Positions 1 to 10,182 are shown, counted from the stretch's first letter. The stretch: 64,000 nucleotides of DNA from Acidobacteriota bacterium (GCA_965263035.1 OZ253580.1:1472001-1536000), one strand, 5' to 3'. Notes: a model not told the origin generated them from the letters alone. Program-made: numbers and translations.

Positions 1-483
1 CTTGCCCACCACGCCCGGGATCAGTCGCACGATAGCGTCCACCATCAGCAGGGCCGGGAGTTCGCCTCCCGTGACCACGAAGTCCCCCATCGAGATCTCC
101 TCGTCCACCAACTCATCCAACGCTCTCTGATCCACCCCCTCGTAACGCCCGCAAATGAACGTCAGATGGGATTTCCGGGACAACTCCAACGCCTTCTCCT
201 GCGTGAACCGGCTTCCTTGCGGACTCGGATAGACGACCCAGGGTCTGCCCTGGCCCTGGCGGCACCGTTCCACCGCGCGGAACAGGGGTTCGGGTTTGAG
301 CACCATGCCCGCTCCGCCTCCGTAGGGCCGATCGTCCACCGTCCGGTGCCTGTCCGTCGTAAATTCCCTGAGATCGACCAACTCCAAGCGTAACAACCCC
401 TTTCGGATCGCCTGGTGCAGGATACCGTAATCGAAAAACCCCTGACACATCCCAGGGAAAATGGTGATGACGTCTACCTGCAT
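1..483 (-). CDS. trmD: tRNA (guanine37-N1)-methyltransferase, runs off window start
   Basis: Manual translation from ATG at 483: MQVDVITIFP...HRTVDDRPYGGGAGMVLK...CGRYEGVD...EISMGDFVVTGGELPAL; downstream of rimM. Not in the ORF track. Confidence 0.96.
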   Translation of the reverse strand, partial: MQVDVITIFPGMCQGFFDYGILHQAIRKGLLRLELVDLREFTTDRHRTVDDRPYGGGAGMVLKPEPLFRAVERCRQGQGRPWVVYPSPQGSRFTQEKALELSRKSHLTFICGRYEGVDQRALDELVDEEISMGDFVVTGGELPALLMVDAIVRLIPGVVGK

Positions 484-544
484 TTCAGAAGGAACTCCTG
501 CAAACCGTCCCGGTGGTCCGCAGTCTATTGCGCGACGAGTTTCC

Positions 545-707
545 AGGAGCCTGCGCCGCAGAAATTGATCTACTGCGAAAGCGGTAGAATCGGTCCATAT
601 TTCCCCGATTTCTCGGCGAATAGAACAACTATGCACCTCAAAATCGAGAAAATCCGGCCTCGATTCCCCACTTTCTCGCTACGATCATTTCTACCGCGCA
701 GACTCCT
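545..707. mobile_element. MITE-like repeat family A, copy 1 (163 bp)
   Basis: Near-identical inverted copy at 3259-3421; imperfect terminal inverted repeats AGGAGCCTGCGCCGCAGAAATTGATC / GATCATTTCTACCGCGCAGACTCCT; non-coding. Confidence 0.8.
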
Positions 708-1221
708 AGCTCGAAGGAGCCAATCCCGGGGGAAGATCCACCTGGATGACCCCTCGGTCCAGATCCACATCCCGAACGAATTCCCGTACCAAGGGGATCA
801 TCAGTTCCCGATCGTTCCCGTCCCGGATCACCAGATTCACGCCTTCGGCTCCGGTACGAAACAATTCGAGGACCACCCCCAGATTGCGCCCTTTCTGCTC
901 GACTCTCAAACCCAGGAGATCAGACTCGTAGAACGCGCCTTCCGGGAGCGGCATGCGCTCCTCCAAGGGGATCTGGATCTCCCCCCCGATCAACTCCCGG
1001 ACCTGTTCGGGTCGTTCCCGGCCCCGAAATCTGAGCAGCACGCGACCCTTGTGAAAACGAGCAGACTCGATGACCTCCTGGTACTGCACGTCGGGAAGGG
1101 CCACCCGGACCCCGGTCGCGGAGGAGAATCGCTCCGGGAAGTCCGTCAGGATCTCCGCGGAAACCTCACCCCGGATTCCCCTCGCCTTGACGATGAGGGC
1201 TATGGCGATGAATTGACTCAA
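706..1221 (-). CDS. rimM: 16S rRNA processing protein RimM
   Basis: IVKARGIRGEV N-terminus, FYESDLLGLRV, LMIPLVREFVRDVDL PRC barrel; rpsP-khpA-rimM-trmD synteny. Confidence 0.95.
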   Translation of the reverse strand: MSQFIAIALIVKARGIRGEVSAEILTDFPERFSSATGVRVALPDVQYQEVIESARFHKGRVLLRFRGRERPEQVRELIGGEIQIPLEERMPLPEGAFYESDLLGLRVEQKGRNLGVVLELFRTGAEGVNLVIRDGNDRELMIPLVREFVRDVDLDRGVIQVDLPPGLAPSS

Positions 1222-1452
1222 CTACTCAAGGATTTCCAGGACGAACCTCTTGCGCAGCTTCATCCCGGCCGCACCCAACAGCGTACGAATGGCCCGGACG
1301 GTTCGTCCTTGCCTGCCGATGACTCTGCCGAGATCATGCTGCGCGACCCTCAGTTCAAGCACGATGGTCTGTTCCCCCATCACCTCGGTCACTCGAACTT
1401 CTTCCGGATCGTCGACCAGCGTCTTCGCGATCATCTCGACAAGCTCTCTCAT
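1222..1452 (-). CDS. khpA: KH-domain RNA-binding protein KhpA
   Basis: [20 protein letters not shown] GxxG KH motif; 76 aa; sits between rpsP and rimM. Confidence 0.93.
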   Translation of the reverse strand: MRELVEMIAKTLVDDPEEVRVTEVMGEQTIVLELRVAQHDLGRVIGRQGRTVRAIRTLLGAAGMKLRKRFVLEILE

Positions 1453-1538
1453 AGTTGCCTCCTGGCCGCGGGACCGAGAGCCCGTGGCTGGATGCCGCTA
1501 CGGCATACGCACCAAGCTGCTCGGTAACTTCACCTGCC

Positions 1539-1787
1539 TCATGGCTGCTCTTGCTGCCGCACCCTGCTGATCAGGCTGTTGACCCTACCCGAAGGCTGAG
1601 CACCCAGTTGCATCCAGTGGTCGATTCGCTCCAGATTCAGGTGGAGGCGAACCGGTTTGAGAGCCGGATTGTAATACCCCAAGATTTCAATAAAGCGCCC
1701 ATCCCTGGGCTTGGTGCGCTCCGCCACGACCACCCGATAATGGGGATCCTTCTTGGCACCGTGTCGACTTAAACGTATTCTCAGCAA
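1539..1787 (-). CDS. rpsP: 30S ribosomal protein S16
   Basis: LRIRLSRHGAKKDPHYRVVVA...RDGRFIEILGYYNP...GAQPS; TTG start after GGAGG RBS. Confidence 0.97.
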   Translation of the reverse strand: MLRIRLSRHGAKKDPHYRVVVAERTKPRDGRFIEILGYYNPALKPVRLHLNLERIDHWMQLGAQPSGRVNSLISRVRQQEQP

Positions 1788-1830
1788 TGGAATACCTCCA
1801 ACAAAACCCGCATTTTATCAAAAAGAGACG

Positions 1831-3162
1831 TTAGACGGGGAAGTTGATGCGACCCCGCGAACGGCCCGGAAAACCTCGCTTCATCCGCTTCATCATGGTT
1901 CGAGTCTGCAGATACTGTTTGAGGAGGCGGTTGACGTCGGACACCGTCCGGCCGCTGCCGCGGGCGATCCGGCGGCGGCGGGAACCCTTGATGATCCTGG
2001 GGTTGGCCCGCTCCAAGGGAGTCATGGAGTTGATGATGGCCTCCATGGCGTCCAGTTGCTTTTCTTCGACCTGGACCTGGCCCATCCCCTTGAACAGTCC
2101 TCCCTGCGGGAGCATGCCCAGAATCTGTTCCAGCGGTCCGAGCTTGCGAAGCTGCCGCAATTGGGACCCGAAGTCGTCCAGGGTGAACTCATCCCTTTGG
2201 ATCTTCTCCAGAATCTTCTGGCTGTCTTGCGGGGTCACCGCCGCTTGGGCCTTCTCGATGAGGCGGAGGACGTCCCCCTGGCCCAGTATCCGGCCGGCCA
2301 TCCGCTCCGGATGAAAGGTTTCGAAGGCGCCGTAGTCCTCACCGGTACCGATGAACTTGATGGGCTTACCCGTGACGGTTCGGATCGAGAGAGCCGCCCC
2401 GCCGCGGGCGTCCCCATCCATCTTGGTGAGGACTACACCGGAAAGATCGAGCCGGTCTCCAAAGCTCTTGGCCGAGCGGACGGCATCCTGACCCGTCATG
2501 GCATCGGCCACCAGAAGAATTTCGTGCGCCCCTACCCCGGCCACGATCTCCTGCAATTCGGTCATGAGCTCGTCATCCAGGTGAAGACGCCCCGCCGTGT
2601 CGACGAGCAACGGGTCGAATCCCATATTTGCGGCCCGCTTCCGGGCCGTTTGCGCCCGGCGGACCGGGTCTCGGGTCGGGGGGTCCTCCACCTCGATCCC
2701 AATGGCCGATCCCACCACCGAGAGTTGATGGATAGCCGCGGGGCGGCGGACATCCGTCGACACCATCAGGGGCCGTCCGCCCTTGGCCTCGAGCCATCGC
2801 GCCAGTTTACCCGTCGTGGTCGTCTTGCCGCTTCCCTGCAGACCGACCAGAACGATAACCGTCGGCCTTCGAGTGCCCTTGGCCAACTCTGCCGCCTCCG
2901 ATCCAAGGAGCCGCGTGAGCTCCTCGTTGACGATCTTCACGACCTGGTGGCCCGGGGTGAGACTGCGCATCACTTCCTGTCCCAAGGCCTTTTCCCTGAT
3001 GCCGGAGACGAACGACTTGACCACGCCGAAATGGACGTCGGCCTCCAGCAAGGCGATGCGGATCTGGCGCAGAGAGGCATTCAGGTGCGCCTTGGAGACG
3101 CGCCCCTCCCCCTTGATGTCCCTCAGAATCTTCTGAAGCCGGGAGGAAAGGTTCTCGAACAT
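1831..3162 (-). CDS. ffh: Signal recognition particle protein Ffh
   Basis: GLQGSGKTTT, DTAGR, TKMDGDARGG motifs; M domain with SRRRRIARGSG. Confidence 0.97.
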   Translation of the reverse strand: MFENLSSRLQKILRDIKGEGRVSKAHLNASLRQIRIALLEADVHFGVVKSFVSGIREKALGQEVMRSLTPGHQVVKIVNEELTRLLGSEAAELAKGTRRPTVIVLVGLQGSGKTTTTGKLARWLEAKGGRPLMVSTDVRRPAAIHQLSVVGSAIGIEVEDPPTRDPVRRAQTARKRAANMGFDPLLVDTAGRLHLDDELMTELQEIVAGVGAHEILLVADAMTGQDAVRSAKSFGDRLDLSGVVLTKMDGDARGGAALSIRTVTGKPIKFIGTGEDYGAFETFHPERMAGRILGQGDVLRLIEKAQAAVTPQDSQKILEKIQRDEFTLDDFGSQLRQLRKLGPLEQILGMLPQGGLFKGMGQVQVEEKQLDAMEAIINSMTPLERANPRIIKGSRRRRIARGSGRTVSDVNRLLKQYLQTRTMMKRMKRGFPGRSRGRINFPV

Positions 3163-3258
3163 GTCGTCAGCCTCGAACGGTCGGCATCATTCTATCGTGC
3201 CTGTCAAAACGAGGCCGGCCCCGGCCGAATGCCGGCGCGCCTGGCGGTCCAACTTGCA

Positions 3259-3421
3259 AGGAGTCTGCGCGGTAGAAATGATCGTAGCGAGAAAGTGGGG
3301 AATCGAGGCCGGATTTTCTCGATTTGGAGGTGCATAGTTGTTCTATTCGCCGAGAAATCGGGGAAATATGGACCGATTCTATCGCTTTCGCAGTAGATCA
3401 ATTTCTGCGGCGCAGGCTCCT
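3259..3421. mobile_element. MITE-like repeat family A, copy 2 (inverted)
   Basis: Reverse complement of 545-707 with only a few substitutions; lies in the divergent ffh/selB intergenic region. Confidence 0.8.
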
Positions 3422-3452
3422 GGTCTGTTGGACGAAATTGGAGTCGCCGGGC

Positions 3453-5378
3453 ATGAGAGACTTTCTGGTCGGAACCGCCGGACATATCGATCACGGCAAG
3501 ACCACCCTCCTGAAAGCCCTGACCGGTATCGACGCCGACCGTCTGGAAGAAGAAAAGCGCCGCGGGATCACCATCGACATCGGCTTCGCCCACATGTCCC
3601 TGGGTTCCTGCCGCATCGGGTTCGTCGACGTGCCGGGGCACGAAAAGCTGGTCAAGAACATGCTCGCCGGCATCGGTGGGATCGACCTGGCACTGCTCAT
3701 CGTCGCCGCCGACGAATCGATCATGCCGCAGACGCTGGAGCACTTCCACATCTGCCGGCTCCTGGACATTCCTGGAGGAATCGTCGCCCTCACCAAGTGC
3801 GATTCGGTGGAACCGGAACTTCTGAACCTGGTTCGGGAGGAGATTCGAGTGCTGACGCGGGGCAGCTTCCTCGAGAACGGTCCCGTCATCGCCGTGGACA
3901 GCATCACGGGAAACGGCCTGGGGCTCCTCAAGCGGGCGTTGATCGAGCAGGCCGGCGAATCGGATCGAAACCGTGGTTCCCGGCAAGAAAGAGTGTTCCG
4001 TTTGCCGGTGGACCGGGTCTTCACCAAGCGAGGATTCGGGACCGTGGTGACCGGCACCCTGAGCTCGGGAACCATCCGGAAGGAAGACGCCGTTGCCGTC
4101 TATCCTTCCGGCGAGAGGGGCAAGATCCGGCGCATCGAGATCTTCAACCGGGAGGCCGCCGAGGCCGTGGCAGGACAGCGGACCGCGTTGAACCTCTTGG
4201 GCCTGGGCAAGGACGACCTGAAACGAGGGATGGTCCTTTCCCGACCCGGAGGTCTTCGGCCAACTCGTTCTCTGGACGCCTCGATCAAGGTACTGAAGGA
4301 CGCTCCGCGACCGCTGAAAAGAAGATCTCCAGTCCGATTTCACCACGGAAGTGGACAGTGGCAGGGCCATGTGTATCCACTGGAAGGGAAGGCGGTAGCG
4401 CCCGGCCAGCGTGCAATGGCTCAGATACGGCTGGAGCAGCCGGCCATGTGCTGGATTGGAGACCGATTCATTCTCAGGATGGACTCACCACCCGTCACCG
4501 TCGGAGGCGGAGTCGTGTTGGACGACGTCCCGCCCAGACACCGGGCCCGGAATCTCCCCGGGGAACTGTTGGTATTGAAGGCGCTTCATTCGGGACTGGA
4601 AGCGGGCAAGCGCGACCCGGACCGGATCCGGATCGAGTTCCTGGTTCGATCCAAAGGAAAACTCGGGATTGACGTCGAAGAGTTGGCCGCCCGGACCGGC
4701 TCGCCGCCGAGGCAACTGCTGGGACACCTGCAGCAGCTTCCGGAAATCGAGCTGGTGCCCCAGGAGCCGCCTCTGGCTGTGACGCGGCCAGCCCTCCGAA
4801 ATCTGGAATCATCGATGCTCTCCTACCTGGACGAGTTCCACTCTCGAAACCCGCTGGCCGCGGGCGTTTCCAGGGAGGAGCTTCGGAACCGTTTCCTGAA
4901 TTCCGCCCGCATCGACTACTTCCATTTCCTGCTCTGGCGACTGGAGCAACGCGACCTGATCCGCGTCGACCGCTCAATCGTCATGCGGCGAGGCTGGGAA
5001 CCCCGTCTGAACCAGGCTCAGGAGGCAGTGCGACAGTCCATTCTGGGTGCTCTCCGGAAAAGCTTTCCCCGGCCTCCGACCCTCACGGAGCTGAGGCGCC
5101 GGCTGCACCACTCGCCGTCCCGGACCGAAGAGGTCTACTTTTTCCTGATCCAACAAGGCGACCTTGTCCGGATCGGCGGGGAATTGGTCTTGACCTCATC
5201 TCAAGTCGACCGTCTCAAGAACGAGTTCCAGATCAAATTCTCTCCCGGACAGTCGTTTTCGGTCCCCGAGTTCAAGGACTCCCTCGGGATCAGCCGGAAG
5301 TACGCCATTCCGTTTCTCGAGTACCTGGATCGAGAGGGAATCACCCGGCGCCAGGGAGACGGGCGGGTGGTCCTTTGA
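3453..5378 (+). CDS. selB: Selenocysteine-specific elongation factor SelB
   Basis: [32 protein letters not shown]; C-terminal winged helix [16 protein letters not shown]...TRRQGDGR. Start placed at ATG 3453. Confidence 0.96.
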   Translation: MRDFLVGTAGHIDHGKTTLLKALTGIDADRLEEEKRRGITIDIGFAHMSLGSCRIGFVDVPGHEKLVKNMLAGIGGIDLALLIVAADESIMPQTLEHFHICRLLDIPGGIVALTKCDSVEPELLNLVREEIRVLTRGSFLENGPVIAVDSITGNGLGLLKRALIEQAGESDRNRGSRQERVFRLPVDRVFTKRGFGTVVTGTLSSGTIRKEDAVAVYPSGERGKIRRIEIFNREAAEAVAGQRTALNLLGLGKDDLKRGMVLSRPGGLRPTRSLDASIKVLKDAPRPLKRRSPVRFHHGSGQWQGHVYPLEGKAVAPGQRAMAQIRLEQPAMCWIGDRFILRMDSPPVTVGGGVVLDDVPPRHRARNLPGELLVLKALHSGLEAGKRDPDRIRIEFLVRSKGKLGIDVEELAARTGSPPRQLLGHLQQLPEIELVPQEPPLAVTRPALRNLESSMLSYLDEFHSRNPLAAGVSREELRNRFLNSARIDYFHFLLWRLEQRDLIRVDRSIVMRRGWEPRLNQAQEAVRQSILGALRKSFPRPPTLTELRRRLHHSPSRTEEVYFFLIQQGDLVRIGGELVLTSSQVDRLKNEFQIKFSPGQSFSVPEFKDSLGISRKYAIPFLEYLDREGITRRQGDGRVVL

Positions 5379-5433
5379 GACTCGGAGCAATTTTTCCCGG
5401 GGTGAAGACCTGACAACCACAAGGGAGAATCCG

Positions 5434-6120
5434 ATGAGAAAGACGGCGAAACGAATCGCCTTGATCAGCGCGGTAGTGTCATTCAGCGTGGCGGGCGGGA
5501 CCTCGATCCTTGCACAGTCCACCTATGTAGTCACGATCCAGAACCTGACGCGGAACCAGATCATCACTCCTCCGGTGGTCGTGATTCACAATTCATCAAC
5601 TTCTCTCTTTTCGATTGGAGAGGAGGCCAGCCCCGAATTGTCGGCTCTGGCAGAGGACGGTGACCCGGTGCCATTGCTGGAAACGCTGATGACCATGCCG
5701 GGAGTCCACGATTCCGCCGTCGGCTACGGGATCATACCTCCGTCCCAGTCCACGACGGCGACGGTGACGAGTTCATACCGTTACAGGTTTCTCTCGGTGG
5801 TCGGAAAACTGGCGACGACCAACGACTCTTTCTTTGCCGTCGGCGGGGTACAGATTCCGTTGCCCCCCAGCCTGTTTTTCTACCCCCCCCGTTCCAAGAC
5901 CGTAGATGCTCCCGCTTACGATGCGGGAAGCGAGGCCAACTCCGAATTGTGCGAATTCATACCGGGTCCTCCCTGTGCGAGCCACTTCGTCCATGATCCG
6001 GCCGAAGCCGAGGGCTTCATTCACATCGGGAACGGGATTCAGGGTATTGGGGACATCAATGCAGCCGAGTCCGACTGGCGCAATCCCGTCGCCCGAGTGA
6101 CGATTACCCGCGTCGATTGA
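5434..6120 (+). CDS. Secreted spondin_N domain protein
   Basis: Signal peptide; YVVTIQNLT..Q..TPPVVVIH, LAEDGD, TNDSF, YDAGSEANSE motifs. Confidence 0.8.
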   Translation: MRKTAKRIALISAVVSFSVAGGTSILAQSTYVVTIQNLTRNQIITPPVVVIHNSSTSLFSIGEEASPELSALAEDGDPVPLLETLMTMPGVHDSAVGYGIIPPSQSTTATVTSSYRYRFLSVVGKLATTNDSFFAVGGVQIPLPPSLFFYPPRSKTVDAPAYDAGSEANSELCEFIPGPPCASHFVHDPAEAEGFIHIGNGIQGIGDINAAESDWRNPVARVTITRVD

Positions 6121-6196
6121 ACCTCTACGCTCTCCAGGATAGCCTGGACTCCAAAAACGGGGGCCGCGAGTCTCCTCAATCACCGGAGGACAGGGC

Positions 6197-7678
6197 ATGA
6201 GGACGAACAGGTTGGTCGCAGTGGCGTTCGCGCTGGGACTCTCGCTGGCGGAAGTTTGGCCCGCCGAGCAGAACGAACCCGAAAAGCCGGTCAATATCGG
6301 TTCCCGCCTGGAGCTGTTCGTCGACGACTTTCTCATCGAATCGATGGACGGGCTGGAACTTCGACTCCAGAGCCCCCGGTCCGCCGGCAAGGTCATAATC
6401 TTCGACCAGCCGTGGGAAGGCACCACCAGCCTCTACCACACCGTCTTCAAGGACGGAGACGGCTTTCGTCTCTACTACCGGGGCAGCAGCCACCAGGAGT
6501 ACGTCGACAAGTCGCAATTGCGTCCCGAAGAGGAGATCGTCCCCGTCCACGAATCCGTCACCTGCCTGCTGGAGAGCCGGGATGGGATCGAGTGGACTCG
6601 GCCCTCTCTGGGCCTGGTCGAGTTCCAGGGCTCCACCGACAACAACATCGTCTGGAAAGGAATGGCTTCCTGCTGTTTCGCTCCTTTCAAGGACTCCAAT
6701 CCGGATGCTCCCGCCGAGGAACGGTACAAGGCGTTGGGCAATGCGGGCTCGGGATGGCCCAATCACGTCCTGAAGGCGTTCGTCTCTGACGACGGCAAGC
6801 GCTGGCGCCTGGCCAGCGACGAGGCGGCCATCTCCGACGGCAAATTCGACTCCCTGAACGTTCCCTTCTGGGACCCGGTTCGAAGCCAATACGCGGCCGT
6901 CTACCGGGACTCCGACGGAGTGCGCAGCGTCAAGTACGCGACCTCCAAGGACTTTCGAAACTGGACGCCCGGAACCTGGGCCGACTACGGCGGCACTCCC
7001 CGCGAGCATCTCTACACCAACGGCACCCACCCCTATTTCCGGGCGCCGCACATTTTTATCGCGCTTCCCAAGAGGTTCGTCCCCTGGAGGACCTACCACC
7101 CCACTATTTCCATCGCAGGAGTCTCGGAGGCGGTCTTCATGAGCAGCCGGGACGGCGTGCATTGGGACCGGCGCTTCATGGAGGCGTTCATCCGCCCGGG
7201 CCGGGATCCCCGGAACTGGGTTCACCGTTCCAACATGCCCTCCGCCGGCGTGGTCCCCACCTCGGACGACGAGATGTCGCTCTACGTGGCGCGCCACTAC
7301 ACCTTTCCCAGCGCCCACCTGGAACGGATGGTGCTGAGGACCGACGGCTTCGTCTCCATCCACGCCGGCTATGGGGAAGGTGAATGGGTCAGTCGTCCAC
7401 TGCTCTTCGAGGGCGGCAATCTGGTCCTGAACTTTGCCACCTCCGCGGCCGGCGGCATCCGTCTGGAGGTGCAGGACGCGGCGGGCCGTCCTCTCCCCGG
7501 GTTCGCCCTGGAGGAGTCCCCCCTGATCTGGGGAGATGAGATCGAGCACACGGTGAGGTGGGAACGGAGTCACCTCCAGGCGGTCTCGGAGAAACCCCTG
7601 AGCCGGATTGCCGGCAAGCCGGTTCGACTCAGGTTCGTCATGAAGGACGCGGACCTCTACTCTCTCAGATTCAGGTAG
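6197..7678 (+). CDS. Secreted beta-propeller glycoside hydrolase-like protein
   Basis: Signal peptide; LELFVDDFLI, repeated SxDGxxW (Asp-box-like) units, LRTDGFVSI and DADLYSLRF ends. Confidence 0.65.
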   Translation: MRTNRLVAVAFALGLSLAEVWPAEQNEPEKPVNIGSRLELFVDDFLIESMDGLELRLQSPRSAGKVIIFDQPWEGTTSLYHTVFKDGDGFRLYYRGSSHQEYVDKSQLRPEEEIVPVHESVTCLLESRDGIEWTRPSLGLVEFQGSTDNNIVWKGMASCCFAPFKDSNPDAPAEERYKALGNAGSGWPNHVLKAFVSDDGKRWRLASDEAAISDGKFDSLNVPFWDPVRSQYAAVYRDSDGVRSVKYATSKDFRNWTPGTWADYGGTPREHLYTNGTHPYFRAPHIFIALPKRFVPWRTYHPTISIAGVSEAVFMSSRDGVHWDRRFMEAFIRPGRDPRNWVHRSNMPSAGVVPTSDDEMSLYVARHYTFPSAHLERMVLRTDGFVSIHAGYGEGEWVSRPLLFEGGNLVLNFATSAAGGIRLEVQDAAGRPLPGFALEESPLIWGDEIEHTVRWERSHLQAVSEKPLSRIAGKPVRLRFVMKDADLYSLRFR

Positions 7679-7690
7679 CTGGAGTTCAGC

Positions 7691-9019
7691 GTGAGGGCAA
7701 GGATCACGGATCGCCGCGGGAGCTTCAGTTGGCTGCTGGCGGGAATTCTGGCAATAGGCGGCCCGGCCGCGTTCGCCAACCCACCGCAGATCTCCCGTTC
7801 GGGGGAACCCGCGACCGTTGGCGTGGCCTGGGGCCCCGAATCGGCGGCGGACAAGTTGCGCCGATCCGCGGACACGGTCCTGGCCAGGGTCAGCGCTCTC
7901 CGCAAACTTCCTGCCACGAATCCCGTCGAGACGGGAGTTCGGAGCCGCGACGAGATCCGCCGCTACGTATTGGCGCGTATGGCTGAAGAGTATCCGGCTG
8001 AGGAACTCGATCTCGACCGGCGCTTTCTGGTGAAGCTGGGCCTGATTCCGGACTCTCTGGACTATCGCGGGATCCTGGTTCAACTGCTCACCGAACAGGT
8101 GGCGGGATACTACGACCCGAAGACCGGGGCTCTGTACGTGGCCGACTGGGTCCCGGTCGAGGAACAGCTCCCGGTGATGGCCCATGAGCTGGCCCATGCG
8201 CTTCAAGACCAGCACTTCGATCTCGACAAGCTGCTGGAGGGCGTGGAAGGAAACGAGGACGCCACCCAAGCCCACGTCGCCGTGGTGGAGGGGGAGGGAC
8301 TGGGACTCATGCTGGAATACGTTCTGGAGCCCCTGGGGCAGAGCTTCCTGGACATTCCGGACATCGTCCAGATGCAGAAGGACCAGATGGCGGACGCAAG
8401 CCAAAGCTTCGACGTCTTTCGGAGGGTTCCCGCCTTCTTCCAGGAAGCGTTGCTCTTTCCCTACGTCCAGGGGGCGCGGTTTCTTCAACATCACGTGCGC
8501 CGCGGCGGATGGCCGAGTGTGGACCGCATCTATGCCGATCTGCCCCGGTCTACGGAACAGATTCTCCACCCGGAAAAGTACGCGTCGCCGAGGGATGATC
8601 CGACCCACGTGGAACCCCCGCCACTTCCGCCCAGTCTCGGGGGGCGCTGGGAACGAATCTACCGGAACGTCCTGGGTGAATTCATGCTCCGGCTGGTCTT
8701 GGACGAGTTTCTGGATGAGTATCCGGCCCGGGACGCCGCCAGCGGCTGGGACGGCGACTCGGTCCAGCTCTACCAGGCCCCCGATGGAAAGTTGGCACTC
8801 TGGATCCGTTCCGTCTGGGACACGGAAGGGGACGCCGTGGAATTCTTCGACGCCTACCAGAAACTCATCCGGCTCAAATACAGTCAGGCCGAGCCGCAGG
8901 AAGCCCCGGGCGAGGCGCCGGCGCGCCGGCTCTGGAGAACGGAGACCGACACCCTGTTTCTGGAGCGGGTCGGTCGCCGGGTCGACCTGCTGGAAGCGAC
9001 CCTTGACAGTCCGTGGTGA
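7691..9019 (+). CDS. Exported zincin-like metallopeptidase
   Basis: VAGYYDP, AHELAHALQDQHF (HExxH), EG, FPYVQG, STEQILHPEKY, AASGWDGD. Confidence 0.75.
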   Translation: MRARITDRRGSFSWLLAGILAIGGPAAFANPPQISRSGEPATVGVAWGPESAADKLRRSADTVLARVSALRKLPATNPVETGVRSRDEIRRYVLARMAEEYPAEELDLDRRFLVKLGLIPDSLDYRGILVQLLTEQVAGYYDPKTGALYVADWVPVEEQLPVMAHELAHALQDQHFDLDKLLEGVEGNEDATQAHVAVVEGEGLGLMLEYVLEPLGQSFLDIPDIVQMQKDQMADASQSFDVFRRVPAFFQEALLFPYVQGARFLQHHVRRGGWPSVDRIYADLPRSTEQILHPEKYASPRDDPTHVEPPPLPPSLGGRWERIYRNVLGEFMLRLVLDEFLDEYPARDAASGWDGDSVQLYQAPDGKLALWIRSVWDTEGDAVEFFDAYQKLIRLKYSQAEPQEAPGEAPARRLWRTETDTLFLERVGRRVDLLEATLDSPW

Positions 9020-9167
9020 AAGTCCCGCGTAGCACCGAGACCGTTCCTGCGCCCGCCGGACAAGGCGCGGTGAGGGAGCAGATTTGACCATATGTGACCG
9101 AGGCGCAACGCAGTCCGCGCACGATGCAGGGACGGTCGAATGCCGTGACGACTTTTACCGCGGGCTG
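9007..9167. mobile_element. MITE-like repeat family B, copy 1 (~160 bp)
   Basis: Homologous to 34173-34331 (inverted) and 44973-45132; imperfect TIRs CAGTCCGTGGTGAAAGT / ACTTTTACCGCGGGCTG. Confidence 0.8.
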
Positions 9168-9205
9168 TTAAGGGCCAAAGCGGCCGTCCTTGAGCGGCCG
9201 GCGAT

Positions 9206-9235
9206 TTGACAGTGAGGGAGCCGGAGGATTAAGAT
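9206..9235 (+). promoter_or_regulatory. Putative sigma70 promoter of tatA
   Basis: TTGACA (9206-9211), 18-bp spacer, TAAGAT (9230-9235). Confidence 0.5.
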
Positions 9236-9281
9236 GCCGACTATCGAGTCTTGATTTTGAATATCTGAGAGGTCACCGGAT

Positions 9282-9452
9282 ATGGGTGGTTTGGGTGCTA
9301 CGGAACTGGTCATCATTCTCATTATCGTGGTCGTGATCTTCGGGGCCAGCCGCCTTCCCCAACTGGGGAAAGGACTGGGTCAAGGAATTCGGAATTTCAA
9401 GGATTCCATGAGGGCCTCGCAGGAAGAAGGGATCGAGAAGAAAACGGAATAG
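9282..9452 (+). CDS. tatA: Twin-arginine translocase TatA/E subunit (56 aa)
   Basis: Manual translation [43 protein letters not shown]...; below the ORF-track size cut-off. Confidence 0.95.
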   Translation: MGGLGATELVIILIIVVVIFGASRLPQLGKGLGQGIRNFKDSMRASQEEGIEKKTE

Positions 9453-9457
9453 TTCCG

Positions 9458-9481
9458 GGGAACGGCTCCGGAGCCGTTCCC
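9458..9481. terminator. Perfect 24-bp palindrome between convergent tatA and cutA; possible bidirectional terminator hairpin
   Basis: GGGAACGGCTCCGGAGCCGTTCCC; no clear adjacent U-tract. Confidence 0.45.
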
Positions 9482-9518
9482 ATTCCACGTCCCCGCATTC
9501 ACTCCCAGTTCTTCTTTT

Positions 9519-9836
9519 CTACCCGGTTTCAGCGACGACCCAGTCCAGGTAGGCTTTGCTTCCCTTCTGCACTGGCCAGCAAAGGATTTCCGGGACGTCG
9601 TACGGGTGGAGTTCCGCGATCCGGTCCATCAAGTCCTGCAACCGGCTGTCCTGGGTCTTGATCACCAGCAGAAGCTCGGCATCCTCCTCGATCCGATCCT
9701 CCCACTTGTATACCGAGGTCACGTTCTCGATAATATTCACGCAGGCGGCGAGACGGTCCTGAACCAGCCTTCGGGCCAGTTTTCGGGCGGCGTCGGCGCT
9801 GTCGATGGTACAGAAGACAATACGAACCGGTGTCAT
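9519..9836 (-). CDS. cutA: Divalent cation tolerance protein CutA
   Basis: RLAACVNII..SVYKW...E..L.IKT...LHPYDVPEI; ATG at 9836 with GAGGAGG RBS. Confidence 0.93.
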   Translation of the reverse strand: MTPVRIVFCTIDSADAARKLARRLVQDRLAACVNIIENVTSVYKWEDRIEEDAELLLVIKTQDSRLQDLMDRIAELHPYDVPEILCWPVQKGSKAYLDWVVAETG

Positions 9837-9849
9837 AGGCTCCTCCTCT

Positions 9850-10182
9850 ATGGCTATTAGTCGCAAGGCACGGCGGGAAATCTTCTGGATCCTGCTCCTG
9901 GCTGCCTGCTTTTCGCTCACCTACATCCTGATCTTCGCCGAAGGGGGCTACCTGGGGTTCCGCAAGGCTCGGGACGAGGTGCAGCAACTCCTGATGGAGA
10001 ACCAGGACTTGCGCCAACAGCGGCAGCTCTACCGGGACCAGATCCGGAAGCTCCGCGAAGACCCCGACGAGGTCGAACGCATCGCCCGGGATCGTCACGG
10101 CTACGCCAAGCCGGGTGACATCATCGTCAACCTCCCCGGCCGGACCGATTCGCCTCCAGACCGCGATCCAGGAAGCCGATGA
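9850..10182 (+). CDS. ftsB: Septum formation initiator FtsB/DivIC family
   Basis: One TM helix, GG, coiled coil, DPDEVERIARDRHGYAKPGD motif. Confidence 0.85.
   Translation: MAISRKARREIFWILLLAACFSLTYILIFAEGGYLGFRKARDEVQQLLMENQDLRQQRQLYRDQIRKLREDPDEVERIARDRHGYAKPGDIIVNLPGRTDSPPDRDPGSR

Noticed and set aside
3324-3452. N-terminal extension of SelB given in the ORF track
   Set aside because: It is translated MITE-A sequence; the GTPase begins at ATG 3453.
6176-9091. 971-aa minus-strand ORF and similar long antisense ORFs (e.g. 1753-3396, 19344-21266, 32014-34389, 43118-44827)
   Set aside because: Shadow frames of well-supported genes in GC-rich DNA; no recognisable motifs.
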